Source of the DNA: Azolla caroliniana
Taxonomy: Eukaryota; Plantae; Polypodiophyta
Assembly (NCBI GenBank): GCA_043228905.1
Contig: JBHGNT010000011.1
Location: 20,646,001-20,710,000, forward strand
Length of the DNA stretch: 64,000 bases
Direction: 5' to 3'
Under the pieces are notes generated by a model that did no database searches, had not been told where the DNA came from, and worked only from the letters and a program-made list of their open reading frames with translations. Below are positions 29,189 through 43,852 of the stretch, in pieces (the first letter of the stretch is position 1; each line of letters begins with the position of its first letter). A program made the translations under genes and the position numbers.

Positions 29189-31547
29189 CCCCTTAATCAA
29201 TCCTTTAATGCATCTTCATCCGAAAGGATGTCACATGAGAAACATAGAGAACATATGGGCTATTGAGTGTAAGATAAATGAGTGATGTCGCCCATATGGA
29301 AGTAGGTAATGACCACCCCATAAAGGGACTAAAGTTGTGTACTGAATGACATTTTAACTAATGGTGCAAAGCTATGAGGATTGCTTGATGAAATTGGATA
29401 ATCAAGATCAAGTTTACTACTTGCAGTTGCTTGGTTACCTTGACGTTTGGGTTGATGAGGACAATTTATCACTATATGGTTACCTTGGACGTTTTGGGTT
29501 GATGAGGACCTAAGTCAAGGAAGATGGTTCGTTATCAAATATTGGGAGGGAGGGGGGGAGGGGGAGGGGGAGGGGGATGTGTGATTGCCTATCTAATATA
29601 TCTAGAATTTACGTGAAGAAATGAACAATTCCATCTTAAGCTAATATATACACACATATTGATGTTAAACCTAATAACCATGTCATTTAAAATTATGCAC
29701 AAGAAGCCCCATAGGCCATCTCTACAAATGAGCATATTTGGGGATCATTTTGATCGGCTTACATTGCACATTTGCTTATTTGGGCATTGATAACTCTAAC
29801 GAATTCTTATCTCCATTTGGATCATTATGTCAAAGATGCAAGCCTCATTAACAAGAATATTTTTGTCTCCCTTTTGAAAAAAAGAAGGAACTTATATTTG
29901 TGTACACGTGTGTGTATTGTTTATGGCACTCTTGCTCTCCTTTGTTAATACTTAGCATGTTCTATATTGTTGCCATCATTTTATTGATTTCGCTTTCTAG
30001 TCCTCCCTACATCACTTTAATTTTACTTATGTATGTTCCTTTTGTTTCCTACTATTCCGTCTTCTCTTTCTCTACACTCTTGCTAATCCTCAGGGAGACA
30101 TGTGAAGCTTTATTGCACCAGTAACAAGTATGGATACCCTACTAGACATGATTGTTTTCCACTCATTAATGGAGATAATTGTGGATTTGACAGTATTTTA
30201 ATTTATATTCGGAAAACAAATGTGTCAAATCATACAATCACTTATTGTTCAACATTTGTATTCTAGAAAGCATATTTGTAAAGCCATGTTTTAGGAGCAT
30301 AAATGTTGATCTCATACTACAAAGGTAACATGATTCAAGAATCAATTCCCTAATATTGAATCTAACTTGAGAAAATACATCTAATGATTTTGTTCCTAGT
30401 GATGAGGTAGAATGATGCTTGATAGATATTACCTTGATCATGGAATGTTGTTTTTCAATCCTTGGGTTTGAGGAATGTGAAATTTCTTAACTCATTGTTT
30501 ATGAGAAAACAATGGTTACCAAGCATAACCTTTACTAATGTGTCATTGTGTTCATATATCTTAATTTAAGATTTTTATTAAAGTAATCTTGTGAATCTGT
30601 TAGAAATAAAAGTAAGAAAATGTGGTCTTTTTTTTCTCGATTGCAAAGTTTTGGTGGTGATCATGATCTTAGGGAATTTACCATGGCATACCCTCCATCT
30701 CATGTGCATTCAAACCCTATATTACAACAACTTTTATTATTAAATTTCTTCACATGGCATAAATTGTTTTTTAAAATAATGTGGATATCTTGATTATGTT
30801 TTTTGTGAGAAAACCATTGTTTCAATCATTCTCTCTTTTGAAAGAGGTTCTCCACGTATATAATTGTAATTCGGAATGAATATACTAATAGAAAATGTTA
30901 CTATGATTGCAAAAGTGGCGCGTGCCACTCTGAGTTGTAGCCACCTCCTTGGTGATTGATTGTGTGTACATCAGCAAAACGTTAAAACCACAAAAAGAAA
31001 TGTGAAAACCTTATTTAGGTTTGAGAAATTCATCAAAGTTAGCTAAGATGAATCATGAGTGAATACTAATGAGTAACAAAAATCCCACTACGTATATCGA
31101 AGTGTAAAGATAATTTGCACTTTATCAAACATAGTTGCTAATAAAGGTAAGGGTTATGATTATCAAAAAACAACATTACAGAATCAAGTTGAACTTGGAC
31201 TCTTATATCAAGATAATATTTATAATTTATCTTCAAAAACAAGTTATTTATGTTGTGTGTAAGAAACAAGAACAAAATGACAAGCATATGACATGATAAA
31301 CATAAAGGCCAAAAGGCATCTTAAGATTTATTTGAATTTTAAAAAACTTTAAAGAGGTTGGTGATAAGACACATACCAAAAGTTTTAAACAACTTAAAGA
31401 ATAAAAGTTGCCAAAGTGTTATCAAGCTCATCTATAAGTTCCCCAGCATGCGATATCAAGATTTCTTTACAAGTTGTAATGTGTCCTTGATAATAATTGG
31501 GGGAATCCTTTACAAACAATGCAATGGGATTGGCACTCAGTTAACCC

Positions 31548-31549
<2 letters not shown>

Positions 31550-31588
<39 letters not shown>
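31550..31588. repeat. (TG)n microsatellite
   Basis: Directly visible. Confidence 0.95.
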
Positions 31589-31589
<1 letters not shown>

Positions 31590-32642
31590 TAACCATTTGC
31601 CTCCATTATTGGATGAAAGACGACTTTCGGATTGACATGTGTCTTAAGTTCTAAATTTCGTGTACAAACTCTATAAACTCAAAAGGACAAATTTATTAGA
31701 TTATAGCTTGCACCATAGACAGATACTTTTCATAATGGTGTGGGTCATATGCATTAGTTTGGTAGAAATATCAAGTCAAAGGGATCTAGAAGAATTCCTT
31801 GCGTTATTGTGAAGCAATTGCATCACGACGGCATCTTAAGAAAATCATTCTTTGTGGCATTGTTTGCACATTAGTATGATTCTACATGGCAAGGAAATAT
31901 GTTTTAGCTAGTCATAGATGGTGAACACGGACAAGTTAACTTGACGCAATCTACATTAGACTTCTCTCTAAACAATATTTGTCGTAACACAAATCACCCA
32001 GTGTCTACAGTCTATTGTTAGAATTCCTTGCTCGTCAATTATGAAAGCTCTTTTGGCTCTGGGTTTTTGAGCACAAAACCTTGAATTGGTTGTCGTCCAA
32101 TCATGAACACAAAGCCCTATACAATTATGATAGTTCATGGGCTTTACCACAAGTTAACCAACAACTATAGTTACAATTCTTTGCTCATCAATTTAGAAAG
32201 TTCATGGGCTTTTTAGCATGGAAACAGGCACGCAATTTGGAATAACATTAGGTTTGATCAGATGCTCTCAAAATCTTGTCATATGATCTTTGGTTCATAA
32301 GATCATAGTGAAAAGAACCTAGAGCACCAAGGATGGCTAAGATTGATTGTGTGTTGTGAGAATGATGAGATTTTCTATGAAACTCACCTCCAAATGAAGT
32401 ATCCTCATCCCTGATTGAAGCTATTCTTATTTGTTGACAGAGAATTGTTAAATATTATTCCAAATGCTTAAAAGTTAAAACTATCAAGTTTGGTCTCAAA
32501 TTGGCCTACTATTTGCGTGGGATAGTAGGATCTAGACAATTCTCAATGAACATAAATTTAGGCATTCAATGTCAAACTCATATTGGATATTTATGTTTTC
32601 CCTCATGCAATCCCTTTATGTTTGTTATGCCTTCAAGGATAT

Positions 32643-33101
32643 GTTATAAACATAGAACATAGCGTAATCGAATGCATTTGCAAACATTCTTTTTCATACG
32701 TTTGCAAGCAAATGCGTATGTTATGAAACATCCTCATGTTTCTTTTTACGTTTTTTACCTTAAAGAAAAGTTTTACCTTACAATAAATAATGAATGCAAA
32801 AGTATGGTATTTACCATACTTCGAGGGTGTTTACCATAATCGAATGTCGAGTATGGTTCAATCATTCGCGTAAGAAAAACACCCTCAAAGAATGATAAAT
32901 ACCATACTTTTGGATTAACTATTTTTTATGAGGTAAATAAGCCTAAAAAATGGAAAAAAAACATTAAAAAAATGGGAAAAAAACAAAAAAAAAAAACCAG
33001 AATGTTTGAATAACATTTGCATTCGTTTTCCAAAGTAGGAAAACAAATGTTATGCTAGATGAACACGAATTTTACGTACTATGGTTCATACTATGGTTGT
33101 A
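32643..33101. mobile_element. Foldback (long inverted repeat) MITE-like element
   Basis: atgcaaaagtatggtatttaccatacttcgagggtgttt (about 32793-32832) is the near reverse complement of aaacaccctcaaagaatgataaataccatacttttggat (about 32877-32915). Weaker symmetry continues outwards to about 32643/33101. Confidence 0.65.
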
Positions 33102-34171
33102 AATATGTTTTGTTGGATTTCAAGTCACTTTGAGATTTCTCACCAAAAATATAATGGACTCTTAAGAACAAGAGTGTGTGCATATGTGTGTGGCAGTGGT
33201 AGTAGTAGTAAATAGAATGTCCGTACTACTATAAATCTATATTATACATAATGCATATAGTTTTGTTTCATACTACTTGGAAGGGGAGAAAATCTTGAGT
33301 ATAGTCTCTATTTATGGAGATTAGACTTGTGCAAATAAACAACTTCCACATTCAAACAATACGTAAACAATTGTACATAAATAAGAGGACAAAGAATTGT
33401 ACAAAGAATTAATGTATGAGTAAGAGGTTACCTTGACCTATTGCAAGTTAGGTAACACAAGAGCAATCCCTTGGTACTAGCCACTACCATCTCCCAAAAA
33501 GTTCTATCAAGAGGCAGGTGAATTCTTATTAAGTTTAGTGACTAAATCTTCCCCACCTAGCTACCTAGATACATCCTATACCCACATCAAAATACAAAAC
33601 CAATACTACACTACATATGTTAGTAGAGGGTTACATGAAATACCATCAGTTTCTCATTGATGCTATGCATTTTTACATCATTTACACTCACTTTCAAGAA
33701 AAGTTTCATATTGTGAATTTTTGTATATTAAAACACATTACATAAGTCCACGCTAACATCTTAACTTATGTATAGTCACAAAGAATATACTTAAGTTGTT
33801 GTATGGCCTTTATAAGGAAGTAAATTATAACAAAGATTTGCATTACCCTTTTCTCTAGAAAACCACCTCTTAATGTCACAATGTTCAAAACTAATCTATG
33901 TTAATAAAAAAATTTGGAAAAGAAATGTTATGGAGGCATGTAGAATTTTTTTTATTTTTTATTTTTTTTTTCAAAGTAAAGCTACTTTCCCATTAGTTAG
34001 GAAGGATTATTACATAGAGTCTATAAGGAGATTTATACACACATCGGGGAGACTTCCTCCGATCAAGCCAAAGAAGATGAGCCACTTACATTGCCTTGCG
34101 GCCTAACTTAATGTAAGAAGCTACCTATATCCAAGGCAAGGGTTTAGAGGCATGTAGAATTGAATCAAGTG

Positions 34172-34438
34172 CTCTTTCTATACCTAGGAAAAAGCAATGT
34201 CTCACAACATCTAAAGTTTGTGTCTAGTTTGTTTTTGCATTTGGGTATATGTACATCTATCCTTTCTATACACAGGAAAACGCAATGTCTCACAACATCT
34301 AAAGTTTGTGTCTAGTTTGTTTTTGCATTTGGGTATATGTACATCTATCCTTTCTATACACAGGAAAACGCAATGTCTCACAACATCTAAAGTTTGTTTC
34401 TAGTTTGGTTTTGCATTTGGCTATATGTACATCTATTC
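34172..34438. repeat. Three-copy tandem repeat, 88 bp unit
   Basis: ggaaaaHgcaatgtctcacaacatctaaagtttgtKtctagtttg...tatatgtacatctat is repeated at about 34187, 34275 and 34363. Confidence 0.93.
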
Positions 34439-35829
34439 ACATGTACCATGTGCATTGTGTGGTTGAAGTGGTTCTATTCAACCGAAGTTTATTTATGATG
34501 ATATTGACAGGACTTCTACTCACCCTTATAATTTAAAATATATAACACAATGTATATGAGGCTCTTCGTTTTCCCAAGAACTTTTCGGAACAGAGGTACA
34601 AGAGAGAAGAGAAGTACTTGTAAAAATTCAATGCATGTTCATGGGGCATTTGATTTGATTTCTCAAATATAGCGGCCAACCCAATTCTTTATAGTTAGAT
34701 TGTACATGGGTTCCCTCCCTTTGATGAAAACACTTCGAAACCAAGCTTGCTTAGAAGCACCATGGGAGAACAAGACGATTAATGAGCACATCTCACCCAT
34801 GCCAGGACCATTGTCGACAAGCAATGTGCAACGATAAAAGAAATCTAAATCAAAAGTGGAAATATACATTGAAAAATGGTATCGTTTAAAGGTTATATAG
34901 TTGTTACTTTTAATAATAAAAATCCATCTAGCAAGGCTGCTTCGATAGTCAAATTGGTTGTTGTATAAGATATTGAATTACGAGAATCGTGATTTGACGC
35001 ATGCTCTAAAAATTCATGCACCTCAATATTTGTTTGGATCGGTCTATTCTTGCATTAGGGTCATTTTGAACGTACACATCATTAAAGTTTTCATCTAGAT
35101 TGTCATTCCTTGAGCAAAGTGCAAAACTTAATAACATGGCATATCATTACATATTGTTGATGACTATAGTTTGCATTATTTCCCATAGTGCTCGGGTACT
35201 TGCTTGTAAAACTGGAAAAGGTTGCACAAAAGATAAGTTTTTTTGGAGAGCATCATAACAAGTTACCAGAAAGTAATATGGCAAGGGCAAACTGTGGTAC
35301 ATGGCAATCGTACATAGTGGTAGACAAAAAATATTAAAATGATGAAACGACAAATAATGGCATATGCGACATAAGAATACATTGAGGAACATTATATTTT
35401 ATAAAAGTTTAAGTAAGGGTATCATGGTTACAAAATAAATGTTTACACGTTGGGACTTGAAAGACAAAAAAGGGAGGGGTCTAGGGTTCAAATACCAATG
35501 GCTCACTTGGGGGTTATTTGTCTTTTAAAGGACCTTAATACATTGTCTTCTTTTTCTTCTTATTTTTGTTTGTCAAATGTTAAGTAGGGTCTATAATCTT
35601 CATTTCTTTCTTCAACTCCACATTCTCTACAATGTATGAAGCACCATATAAGCATGAATTGCATTATTACTGATAAAACTACATAATTTGAATCCTTCAC
35701 TACTTGAGTGTGATGTTTCAAATCACGTGTGGCTCTTTACAATTATTATGGGTCTATGTGGACTTAGAATGATCTACACTTATGAATACTAGTAGCACTT
35801 AAAGGTGTAATAAAATCATAAGAAGGATC

Positions 35830-38800
35830 ATGGGGATGTGCATGTCCATTGATGAGGAGACATTGGAGATGGAGTTTGGGTGTAAGGTGATGGAGAAGAG
35901 GAGGGAGAGGGAGAGGAGGGCCATGGAGGTACTTTCTAAGGAGGCCGAACATGTGGATCTCCTATCTCGAATACCTTCACGACTTGTCTCGGATGGTTCA
36001 ACCAATTCGTGTTGCCTCTACACCAAACATGGTACCAAGGGTGTCAACCAAGATTCCATGGTGGTATGGGAGGTAAAAAATTGGTGACATTCGATTAGTG
36101 ATTTTGTTATCATGTATGTTAATATACATGGGATGTATGTACTTGTAGGGTTTTAATGGTAATGACAATGATAGAAGAAGAGATATGGAGGAGGACAAGA
36201 GTGGTGTATTATTGTGTGGGGTGTTTGATGGGCATGGCCCAGATGGGCACCATGTGGCAAGAAGGGTGAGAGATGCTCTACCCTCCCTTCTCCTCAACAC
36301 CATTAATAGCAACCTTGTTAACGAACCCAACAATCCTACTAGTGCTACAACTAATCATGATCCTCCTCCTCCTCCTCCTAATATTGAAGAAGCTTTCATC
36401 CAAGCATACACCCAAATGGATGATACACTTAAATCCCATCCCAAGATCAAATCCATGTATAGTGGCACCACTGCTTTGATCATGATGATTGTCAAGGTAC
36501 TTACTTTTTTCCACCACTAGCAGAAATAACAAGTAACAAAAACATTCATGAAATCCATTTTGATTCATTAATGTGTATCTTGGAATTCATTTCAATGTTT
36601 GAAATATTCTTGGCTATGCTTTTCTTTGTCTTTTGGGGGGGAGGGTCAAGGTATTATTTGAACTTGTTTTTCTTGGAAAGATTTCCGACATGGCAAGTGA
36701 GAAGTGGTATTGTCACCCAACTCGAAAATCTGGACACTACCAACATTTTGTCGATTCATTCCGCCTTCCTTTTTTTGGATGGATAAGTCTTATGGGTGCT
36801 CATTGCGTGATTCCTATATGGCATGATGTACATTAACCAAATATGACACTGTTAGAGGACCGGACTATCAACAACTACAAGCTTTATCTTTGCCCAAGAT
36901 AAAAAAAGAAATGGAGTAGTTCTTATGTCCCCTTCAAGTAGTAATCAAAACTTGTCCAATATTTTTAAATTAAGTGTTTCACAAGTGACCCAACCTTTTG
37001 CATACCTTTGTTCCATATCATATTGCATTGAGAGATTCTTGGCAATAATATCCCACTTCACGAGGTGATGCGATGGGGATGCACTTTGGGGGGGATAGTC
37101 GGATGCATACATTGATTCGAAATCAAAAAGCAAAAAGAAAGATAGTGGGAAATGCCCAACTTTCTTTGTGAAAATCTATCTTACACAACAAGTGGCCTTT
37201 CATACGTTGGGAGAAGAGTCCAAATTTTCTTGGAGTGATCATCTACATTTCGTAGTGATCAATTTTACTTTCATAGTCCCTCATGACCTGAAAAAATAGT
37301 CTAATGCAATTAAAACAATTAAAATATGTGTGTTAGTACATATATGGATATCACTAATGTAGGATTAAGAACTCAAATGATGTTATGTGTGGATTTAACA
37401 ACTATTTCATGTAGGGTAAAGAGATGGTGGTGGGGAACGTGGGTGACTCTAGAGCCATTCTAGCAAAAAGACATGAAGATGGCACTACTTTGGTTGTTGA
37501 GCAACTAACAGTTGACCTTAAACCCGATGTTCCAGGTACTCCCTTCATTTGTCTTATATTAGATATGTATCTCGATCGTATCTAGTACTAGTAGGCCTTA
37601 GATGTCTAAGATTCTAGAAATTTATAATCAAAGGTAATCTTTTTTCAATATCTTATCCTTAACCCTAATTTCCATGAATAAGACAAATGTTAGAGAGTTA
37701 AATATCCCTACATCTGAATAAGACAAATGTTAGAGAGTTAAATATCCTTTTGATACCTAGACCTTAATGCCCATAACAAGTATAAAAATACAAATGGTGG
37801 GAGCTTAACAACCACGTATATTTGACCAAACTTGAAAGGCCTCGATGTCTTAGATTTAACACACATATATATGACAAGAATTCACATGCATGCCCAATAA
37901 AAAACAATTACTCCTAGTAGCACTTATGTGATAACACTTGTAAATTAAGGCATAATTTTGGGATATGAATCATAGAACGACCATTCCAAGTAGCACTTCG
38001 GTGATTGACTTCAAAACATATGTTGAGATCCTAAGAGTAGCTTTATGACCTCTATATGTAAATCAATAAAATGAAATACTTCTCTTTTTATAACTTAACC
38101 ATACACCGCATGCTCCACTAATGTGTAAGGTAGCATATTGTTAGAGTTCAATTACTGGCTCGACTTGTGGCAAGAGTTATATGTAAACCACATTTTTAGG
38201 AACATTTATCGCTAAAGTCATGTGCCAATTATTTCAATTTTAGGTTGACTCCATGCCGGTGAGTATGACACCCAATGAAGCCAATATGTCAAATATGTAG
38301 CATAAGGGGCCATGAAGCTCTTCCTCTTTAGAGTTGTCAGGGCTACTTGTATAAGGAAACATAATGACTTAGTCTACTAAAAATATATGTCATTATTCAA
38401 GGAATGCCAATTAAGTATTGCATTCTTTATAAAATAAATAAAATAGTATGTGACCAATTGCCAATTCCATTGAAATAAGCATTTTATTAGTCACATTTAT
38501 ACAAAGGAGCATGAAGCTCATGATCTCTATTTTATCATTACAATTTAATTACGATAGCAATGACAATGTCGTTATGACTTTTAGGCACCTTTCATATACT
38601 CACGATATGAACTAAATTCAATGTCAATGGTTTCTTTGACTTTCTTATTATTATATTGGTATTTCATTGTCTTTTTGTGTGTGTAGGGGAATTTGAGAGG
38701 ATAGTGGCATGTGAAGGGCGCGTGTTTGCATTAGGTGATGAACCAAGTGTGGCGCGTATCTGGATGCCACATTCAAGCTCACCAGGCCTAGCCATGTCTC

Positions 38801-41295
38801 GTGCACTTGGTGACTTTTGTATCAAGAACCATGGACTTATCTCGACGCCGATTGTCTCCCATTATCACCTCACTCCACAACATGAGTTCATTGTCCTCGC
38901 CACTGATGGGGTACATCCTATATTCTTTCCAACTATTCATTGTGAGCTTGTGTATGTGATTTGGAAAACGAGCATGTATGATGTGGGAGAAAAGTTTGTC
39001 TATTTGTGTGTGTGTGTGCGCGCGCGTGCGCACACATTTATTTGAAATCTAATGACTAACCCCTCTAGCTTGAATGAAATAACAACATTTCAGTCTTGCA
39101 ATAAAATGCAATATTTGATATGTAAATCATTAATAGTGATTAGAGATATAGGTCCTATACCACTATTTAGTAAATATTTGTTGAGAATAAACAACATAGT
39201 TCCTACATAGACACACAATATTGATGTTTGTTAAACACAATTTTAGACATTATATTCTAGAGGCTTGAGACACTACAAATCTAGACAATGTGCATTGTGG
39301 ATAATACCAACTCTTGGATAGTAAACATTAGAAATTTTGATGGTCATGAACTGCTTTGAATTAGGTTGACTAGATTTTTAACCGAATAAATATTCACGAC
39401 AATACAAAAAGTTTAGAGAGGGATGCCAATTAGATTCATGATTGATGAAGTATTAGTAAGAGGGAATTGAAACAAGGATTGGCTACTAAATAATACATTG
39501 TGATTAATTGTATGCTTCATGTAAGATTATTAGCTCATCTTCATTCTTCACTACTAAGATGATTTGCTCATCCTCATTCCTCACTAATGATTGCTTAAAG
39601 ATTTGAGAGGCCGCCTTATTGAAATTCTAGCATTCAAATAAATAAGCCATTCAAAACGAATGCTAACAAATTGCCCAAGTCATTACATTGAAGAGGTGGA
39701 GAACGAATGGACAAAAAAACAATAAATGATCGAATGTAGATATATTTTTCGTTGGAAGGTTCGAAAGTTTGACAGACCATCAAAATTTTGAGAACCCACG
39801 TCATATCACCTAACAAGCCTAGGTAGGTTTAAATCAAACTTAAAAATTAAGGCGTGTATTTATTATACCTTGACTTATTCAATAAGATGATTTTCTTTAT
39901 CCAAAAGGATTTCATATTTACCCAAATTGAAACAAAATATTGGCCCTTTCAGTTAGTTGGAATACTCCTACATGATTCTCTTGCAAGATAGTGGCTACCA
40001 TCCTTGAACTTTTCAAAGAAAATGTAGTATAACTTTCACACACCTCCAACTTGAGTGATCCTTGGTATTTTGAAATCTTCGTCATCTACATAGACCTTTC
40101 ACCATCCTAGAAGCATAACTATGCCTATGACATGGTATCTCTAACAATCTACCATATTCAGTCCAAAATCTTCTTGATGTAGAGGTCATCTAATATGAAA
40201 TAGGTGCATGGATATGCTAACACACACAATAGAAGAATATTTTGAGATCATTGGGTAGAAATATGTTTTGAATGGGAAGTCTCAGGAGGAAATATATTTT
40301 GTAGGGCAATTCTCCAAATGAAATTTGTCTTCGATACATGCATTCACACACAGTTATGCACAATGCTCTTACATGATTGAAGTATTTTCATGTATCGCAA
40401 ATAGACACGTCATTCTTAGCTACATATGAAATTGAAAGCTTCATGAATGTATAAAGTTCCATCCTGTTGTGAATTTATGTATATATGATGTGTATGGGAA
40501 ACATATCGTTTTATATTAAACATTTGCATTGCAATTTGCCACTCTATACTACATTTCATGTGCATGCTTTAGAGAGTTAGTTTCATAAATGCTTCAATGC
40601 TTCGGGCTCATTCGTATAATCTCTAAGTCTAACCTCAAAATCTAGTGAGAAACTCAATGACAATGGGCTCACCTCCTTCAAGTGTCTTTATATACAACTT
40701 TTGTAATGTTTTCCACTATTTGAACTCATTTAGAGAAACATGTGGCGGTGAAGTCGGTGGATCGTGACATTGTCATAATATTGGATCTAAGACATACACA
40801 CTAAGGCTTTGAGTTATCTCACACATTTTTAAATGAATTGTGGAAACATTTTGGCAATTACCAATCCCTAAACTAACATATGACTACCATGTGTAGGTAT
40901 GGGATGTTCTTAGCAATGAAGAAGTGTTGGAAATTGTGTCAAATTGCTCCTTAAAAGAGGCAGCTGCGAAGAGTATTGTAGATACTGCTAGGAAAAGATG
41001 GAAGAGAAAAGAGTATGCAATGGAGGCCAAAACGGATGATTGTGCCGTTATATGTCATTTCCTTCATGAAACTCTGGATCCGTCTCTCAATATAGCTAAC
41101 ATGAAGACTCCGAAGAAGGGTAAAAGAAAATCTGCAATTCTCGACTTTCGAAATGTTAACAAAAAGAAAAATGTGGTTCTACAAAGAGGCGATACCAATC
41201 GGGATTTGAGCTCTTTGGACCATTCTATCATGACCATAGAAGAGACACCCAACCCAACATTACTAGAAAACGTACATCTTGAGAGGGGTGTGTAG
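35830..41295 (+). CDS. Protein phosphatase 2C (PPM family, clade E-like). Exons 35830-36072, 36149-36496, 37415-37535, 38687-38910, 40897-41295
   Basis: GT-AG introns with a continuous frame. Motifs: GTKGVNQDSMVVWE, CGVFDGHGPDGH, SGTTA, GNVGDSRAIL, LTVDLKPD, GLAMSRALGD, VLATDGVWDVLSNEEV and KTDDCAVIC. The N-terminus MGMC suggests myristoylation/palmitoylation. Confidence 0.95.
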
Positions 41296-42228
41296 ATTAG
41301 TAATTCCAAAGGAAGAAGAAATATACTAGATTATCATTCACACATCAAAATTGTAATACTCTAGATTATTATTCACACATCCAAATTGTATTATAAGATG
41401 AAACTGAAAATAAGTGGGCCAATTTTTTTTCAAGGGCATTGTGTGGTCCAAATAATTGTATTGTTGGATCCTACAAGCTATGCTCTAATGGTCGTGTTGA
41501 CCCAATTCATGTGGCCATTAAGAAATGAGGACACAATTTTTGCTTTTTCGCAAAATGCCATGTCATATATTTTTGCATTGGGGAGTTGGTTAAACATGGA
41601 TGGCAAATGCTACCAAAATTGACACAACAAAATCTTCGAGAAGAACAAGCATTGCCTTTCAATGCATCTTTCAAAGTCATGCACCTTGATGCATGGCGAA
41701 ACATTAGTTTTATGACCTCTAGTTTTATAAACTCCAATATTGTCCTCCCCCATCAGTGGGACCACCAACCTCATTTTTCATCTTTTGCACATAATTTGAT
41801 CTCACCGAAGGAATTATCTTGTTGTGATTTGTAAACTAGTTTAACTCAAGGAATAATCTTACTTGTGATTCGAAACACAAGCTAACTAATTTCAAGTCAA
41901 TTTGAGCTTCCAAAGTCTCCGCCAAAAACAATTGAGAGTTTGTTATAACTTCAATCAAGAGTGCTCTTTCTAATGGCACACACATGCCTGCTAACTTTTA
42001 AAAAAAAACGCTAGATGAGATGATTCTCTCATTTATGAAGAATGGGATGAGGACATATTAAGAATTTACATATGGAAGACATCATGACATGTGATTACAT
42101 ATGGAAGACAATTGTAAAGTTAAATCCTATGGAATCCTTGAAAATAATGGCACCCCATTCCAAGAAGGCAATAGGTCAAATGTATTTGCATTAGGTGATT
42201 GTTTCACAACATTACTTAACAAAAGACA

Positions 42229-42712
42229 CATCTCATCCTATGGCAATTTGACAAATCCCATAAATATCAACACATGATAAAGAAGCTTTGCCATGAGAGA
42301 GCATAAATCTTGGTTTCATCGGTGAACCTAAGTCAAAGCCAAGAGACCGGCTCACCAAGCTTAAAACCTTGGATTTGGTATTACCAAACTCTTTTAAGGT
42401 GTTGAATAAATATGAATCCAACCTTCATTATACCAAACTCTTAAGGTTTTGGAGACAAATATAAACGCATCTCATCCTATGGCAATTTGACAAATCCCAT
42501 AAATATCCAACACATGATAAAGAAGCTTTGCTATGAGAGAGCATAAATCTTGGTTTCATCGATGAACCTAAGTCAAAGCCAAGAGACCGGCTCACCAAGC
42601 TTAAAACCTTGGATTTGGTATTACCAAACTCTTTTAAGGTGTTAAATAAATATAAATCCAACCTTCATTATACCAAACTCTTAAGGTTTTGGAGACGAAT
42701 ATAAACCTTCAT
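42229..42712. repeat. Two-copy tandem duplication, about 240 bp unit, downstream of the oleosin gene
   Basis: Near-identical units start at 42229 and 42468. They explain the duplicated spurious ORFs 42233-42421 and 42428-42661. Confidence 0.93.
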
Positions 42713-43148
42713 TAGGCAAATCTATAAGAGCCTCCTCCAAGCCTCAACCATGGGGGCATTATAAACACACATTTTACTCAAAAACAACCAACGGAAGGAT
42801 GGGGTCATCAAAAGCTTTACAAAAACTCAAAACAATAAATTACCCAAGAGTTTTGTGCCTCAAAATTGTTGGTTCTCAAATCTCATTTACAAGAAAAAAC
42901 TTTGGACAATTACTAGATAGATATGTATGTATGTATGTATGTATATACAACTTTTATTCATATGTACCTTCCTCCTTTTCTTCTTCTTCTTCTTCTTCTT
43001 CACAAGAAGAACAACATGTATAGAATAGTCTAGTATAGTATAGTGTAGTATATACTACTACATGTGTATAAACATACATATAGTATATGTATTATGAATT
43101 TATTGTTGTGAATCATATTATTGTGTTTTAACAAGCAATTCTCAATTT

Positions 43149-43751
43149 TCAGGAAGATGCAGCAGACCTTGGTGAGGTAGGTTGGGCGGGCGCCTTGCCC
43201 TTGGCGGCATCGGGCAAGGAGGAGGCGGCCGATGTGGCCACGCCCGTGACACGATCTGTGATACCGTGGGCCGTGTCCTTGACCGCCCCGACCGTCTCGG
43301 CCAGATACCTCTGCAACGACTCCGCCTGCTCCCCGCCCACGGGGCGCCTCCCCTTGCGGTAGCTCTGCAGCCACGTCACGCCCATTACCACGGCCACTAG
43401 GCCCGTACCCCCTGCCATGAGGCCAGAGGTCGCCACTGTCATGGCGATGGCCATGGGCACCAGGATGGGACTCAAGAACAGCACGATGGGCGTTGCCAGG
43501 GCTGCGATCAACGCTACTGTGGCCACGGCTAGGCCCCCACCTGCTGCCATGCTCCCGCCCATGGCCGCCATCACCACCAGACCCATGAGCCTGCGCATCA
43601 CAGATGTCCCCGTCTTCGTGTTCGATCCGCCTTTGCTGCTGCTGCTGCTCATCACTAGTTGCTTGGATTGTGGGGCGTTTGCCGCAGCCCCAGCTGCTCC
43701 TGCTCCTGCTCCTGCTCCTGACTGTTGTTGCTGCTGCTGAGCTTCAGCCAT
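43149..43751 (-). CDS. Oleosin (lipid-droplet structural protein), intronless
   Basis: 200-aa ORF with a hydrophobic stretch of about 70 residues centred on the proline knot PX5SPX3P (TPIVLFLSPILVPMA), followed by WLQSYRKGRRPVGGEQAE, which resembles the oleosin W.Y.Y..G..P.G.DQ motif. GC-rich coding composition. Confidence 0.93.
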   Translation of the reverse strand: MAEAQQQQQQSGAGAGAGAAGAAANAPQSKQLVMSSSSSKGGSNTKTGTSVMRRLMGLVVMAAMGGSMAAGGGLAVATVALIAALATPIVLFLSPILVPMAIAMTVATSGLMAGGTGLVAVVMGVTWLQSYRKGRRPVGGEQAESLQRYLAETVGAVKDTAHGITDRVTGVATSAASSLPDAAKGKAPAQPTSPRSAASS

Positions 43752-43852
43752 GGCTCAAAATCTTCCTACTTTTTCTGAATCGATTGTAATGTTCAATGAT
43801 TTTGATGGAAGGAAAACTTTAGAGGGGGTTTTAGAGAACAAAAAACAAAAAC

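Noticed and set aside
43030-43789. Alternative-frame and antisense ORFs over the oleosin gene
   Set aside because: Shadow ORFs caused by GC-rich coding sequence.
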